Assembly: GCA_900317105.1 (NCBI GenBank)
Contig: ONFP01000005.1
Span: 286-64,285 of the forward strand
Reading direction: 5' to 3'
DNA: 64,000 nt
Source: an uncultured Succinatimonas sp.
GTDB lineage: Bacteria > Pseudomonadota > Gammaproteobacteria > Enterobacterales > Succinivibrionaceae
The notes under the pieces were generated by a model. It made no database searches, had not been told where the DNA came from, and worked only from the letters and a program-made list of their open reading frames with translations. Shown one piece after another: positions 62,051-64,000 of this stretch (within the stretch, counting starts at the first letter, position 1; each line of letters begins with the position of its first letter). The position numbers were made by a program, and so were the translations under genes.

Positions 62051-63223
62051 CGTTCACATCTGCGTTTTCTGTGTGTCCACAGTGGATACATTTAAACTCA
62101 GCCTGAGTCTTTCGGTTCTCCTTATCAACATAGCCGCATACATGACAGGCTCTGCTGGTGTTCTTAGCAGGAATCTGCACGAAGATGCCTCCCTTAAGCT
62201 TAAGTTTGTACTCAAGCTGTTTAAAGAACATAGACCATGACTCTTTTAAAATCTCTCTGTTTAAGCCTGACTGCCAGGTTCTTCAATAGTTCCCTTAGCT
62301 GATTTGGTCATATTCTTAACCTTCAGGTCTTCTACACATATAATGTCGTGGTTTTTGACTAGACGTGTAGATTCTTTCTGAAGATAATCATATCTGACAT
62401 CAGTAAGTTTCTTATGAAGCTTAGAGAGTTTTATTCTGAGTTTAATGTATCTTTTTGAATCTTTTTTCTTTCTGCTTAATCTCCTCTGCAGTTTTTCTAT
62501 CTTTTCATAAACAGGATTCAGCCTGTCTTTTAATGACGGTATGTAGTTTTCATCTGATAAGGTGGCAAATCTGACCACTCCCATATCAATACCTACAGCT
62601 GTATTAAAATTAAGCTCCTGTATCAGAGGCTTTAATTCAAACTCTGTCTGAACAGAGATATACCAGTCTCCATGGTTCAGTGAAACTGTTACATTCTTTG
62701 GTTTACCGAAGATGTTTCTGGATTTACGGTACTTAACCCAGCCAAGCTTGGGTAGCCATATCTTCTTTCTGTCTTCATCAAGTTCAAAGCCCTGAGGAAA
62801 TCTGAAACTGTTATGAAGAGCCTTCTTTTTTAATTTTTGTAAACCGCCTTTTCCTTCGAAGAATCTATGATAGGCACTCATCAAATCCTGAGCTTTCTGC
62901 TGTAAAGTCTGAGCAGGACATTCCTGTAAAAAAGGATATTCTTTCCTTAAATCAGGAAGCAGATAGTTTAATCCGGTAATACATTTATAGCACAAAGGTC
63001 TGAAACTAAGCTTCTTGGCTTCATCTCTATTTAAAGCTTCACCATTACTCTGTCTGGAATCTATTTCTTCAAGATATTCTCTGAAGTCTTCCCTGCATTT
63101 GAAGAGTAAATGGTTATATACAAATCTGGTACAACCTGCTGTCCTGCTGAAAAAACGACGCTGTTCTCCATTAGGCTCAAGCTTAAATTTAAAAGCAAGT
63201 TTTGCTAGATTTGTATCTGTCAT
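61959..63223 (-). pseudogene. tnpB: TnpB, frameshifted near 62265
   Basis: RuvC I GIDMG, RuvC II VEDL, zinc finger TSRACHVCG..FKCIHCG, RuvC III NADVNAA. After ..EEPG the reading continues SGLNREIL in another frame. Confidence 0.9.
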
Positions 63224-63419
63224 ATATATATTTATTATTTTTAAACATTATTAAACAATATATATATTATAGCATACTTTTTAGCTGCCTTACATCCCCA
63301 TTGTTAAAACAAGGGGGCTTCCGGCGGCAAAGATAAATCAAAGTGATTTACAGTAAATATCTTTTATCCTGTTCAGGATTCTGTTTTGGTAACGAATTGA
63401 TTCTGTTTTCCTATACGAA

Positions 63420-63929
63420 TCAGTGACAAATAAGGTTATCCCACGGAAATTCATCAAATACAATTGATATTTTATTATATTCTTTCATGAAAGCAGACAG
63501 GTCACCTCGTTCTTTTATGAAGTTAAAAGCATCATCATATTCAATGTCAAAGTAATCTTTTACGTTATCAATAAGACATTCTAATTTCCAATGCTTGAAA
63601 TTATCGTAAAACAGGTCCCCTATGTTATCCGCTATTGTATAACACCTGTCAGAATAAAACTCTTCAGGATCTAAAAATTCCCTTGCCTCATATTCGTCAC
63701 AATCTTCTTTATCCATTATTTCTTCAATCTTCTCTCTCGGAAACTCAGGCTCTGTTGTCCATGAACAAGAGATTTTATCTGATGTTATAAATGCACCTAT
63801 TGCAGCAAAATAACTCTCTCCAGAAATATATCCATGAGCCATAAAAGAGCAACATGCCGCTATTTTTTCTTTTGCACAAAACTCTTTTATTATCTTAAAA
63901 ATTGTTTTTTTAAGATAGTTTTCTGACAT
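63420..63929 (-). CDS. Hypothetical acidic protein (169 aa; frame is open to the window edge)
   Basis: ATG follows GGAGAAGG. No family recognised. Confidence 0.7.
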   Translation of the reverse strand: MSENYLKKTIFKIIKEFCAKEKIAACCSFMAHGYISGESYFAAIGAFITSDKISCSWTTEPEFPREKIEEIMDKEDCDEYEAREFLDPEEFYSDRCYTIADNIGDLFYDNFKHWKLECLIDNVKDYFDIEYDDAFNFIKERGDLSAFMKEYNKISIVFDEFPWDNLICH

Positions 63930-64000
63930 TACGAAGCCTTCTCCATCTAAAAAGTCAGCATTACGTGTAATGTCAAATGAAAGGATTCCTTTTTTTTGTT

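Larger units (their letters stand above)
61888..63332 (-). mobile_element. Non-autonomous IS200/IS605-family (IS1341-type, tnpB-only) element
   Basis: Right end: hairpin then TCAA at 61888. Left end: hairpin at 63296-63317, preceded by (T)TTAT at 63333-37. No tnpA and no inverted repeats. Boundaries inferred by analogy with related elements. Confidence 0.8.

Overview
AT-rich gammaproteobacterial chromosome segment. The gene set and order (proQ-prc-pepN-DUF2835-pyrD-zapC, hisGDCBHAFI, nhaB-dsbB, tig-clpP-clpX) point to Aeromonadales, most likely Succinivibrionaceae; this is an inference, no database was searched. Most of the window is housekeeping: xseA, cysK, mscL, trxB, nudC, mepA, argC-argB-argA-like-argD, dusC, the his operon and others. 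The accessory or unexplained parts are: (1) a 3-kb stretch without protein genes (18.3-21.3 kb) holding two identical tRNA-Pro(UGG) genes, each with a perfect sigma70 promoter, and at least three small-RNA candidates; (2) an AAA+ ATPase gene bounded exactly by two identical 49-bp palindromic direct repeats, which looks like a one-gene cassette; (3) a BASS transporter / divergent DapE-like / alpha-beta hydrolase cluster; (4) a his operon lacking the HisE domain; (5) a 1074-aa TerB-C protein with an internal duplication and no Shango partner genes; (6) after clpX, tail-only Rpn-like genes, one cut by a tnpB-only IS200/IS605 element whose tnpB is frameshifted. All calls come from motif recognition by eye. 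No CRISPR array and no rRNA were found.
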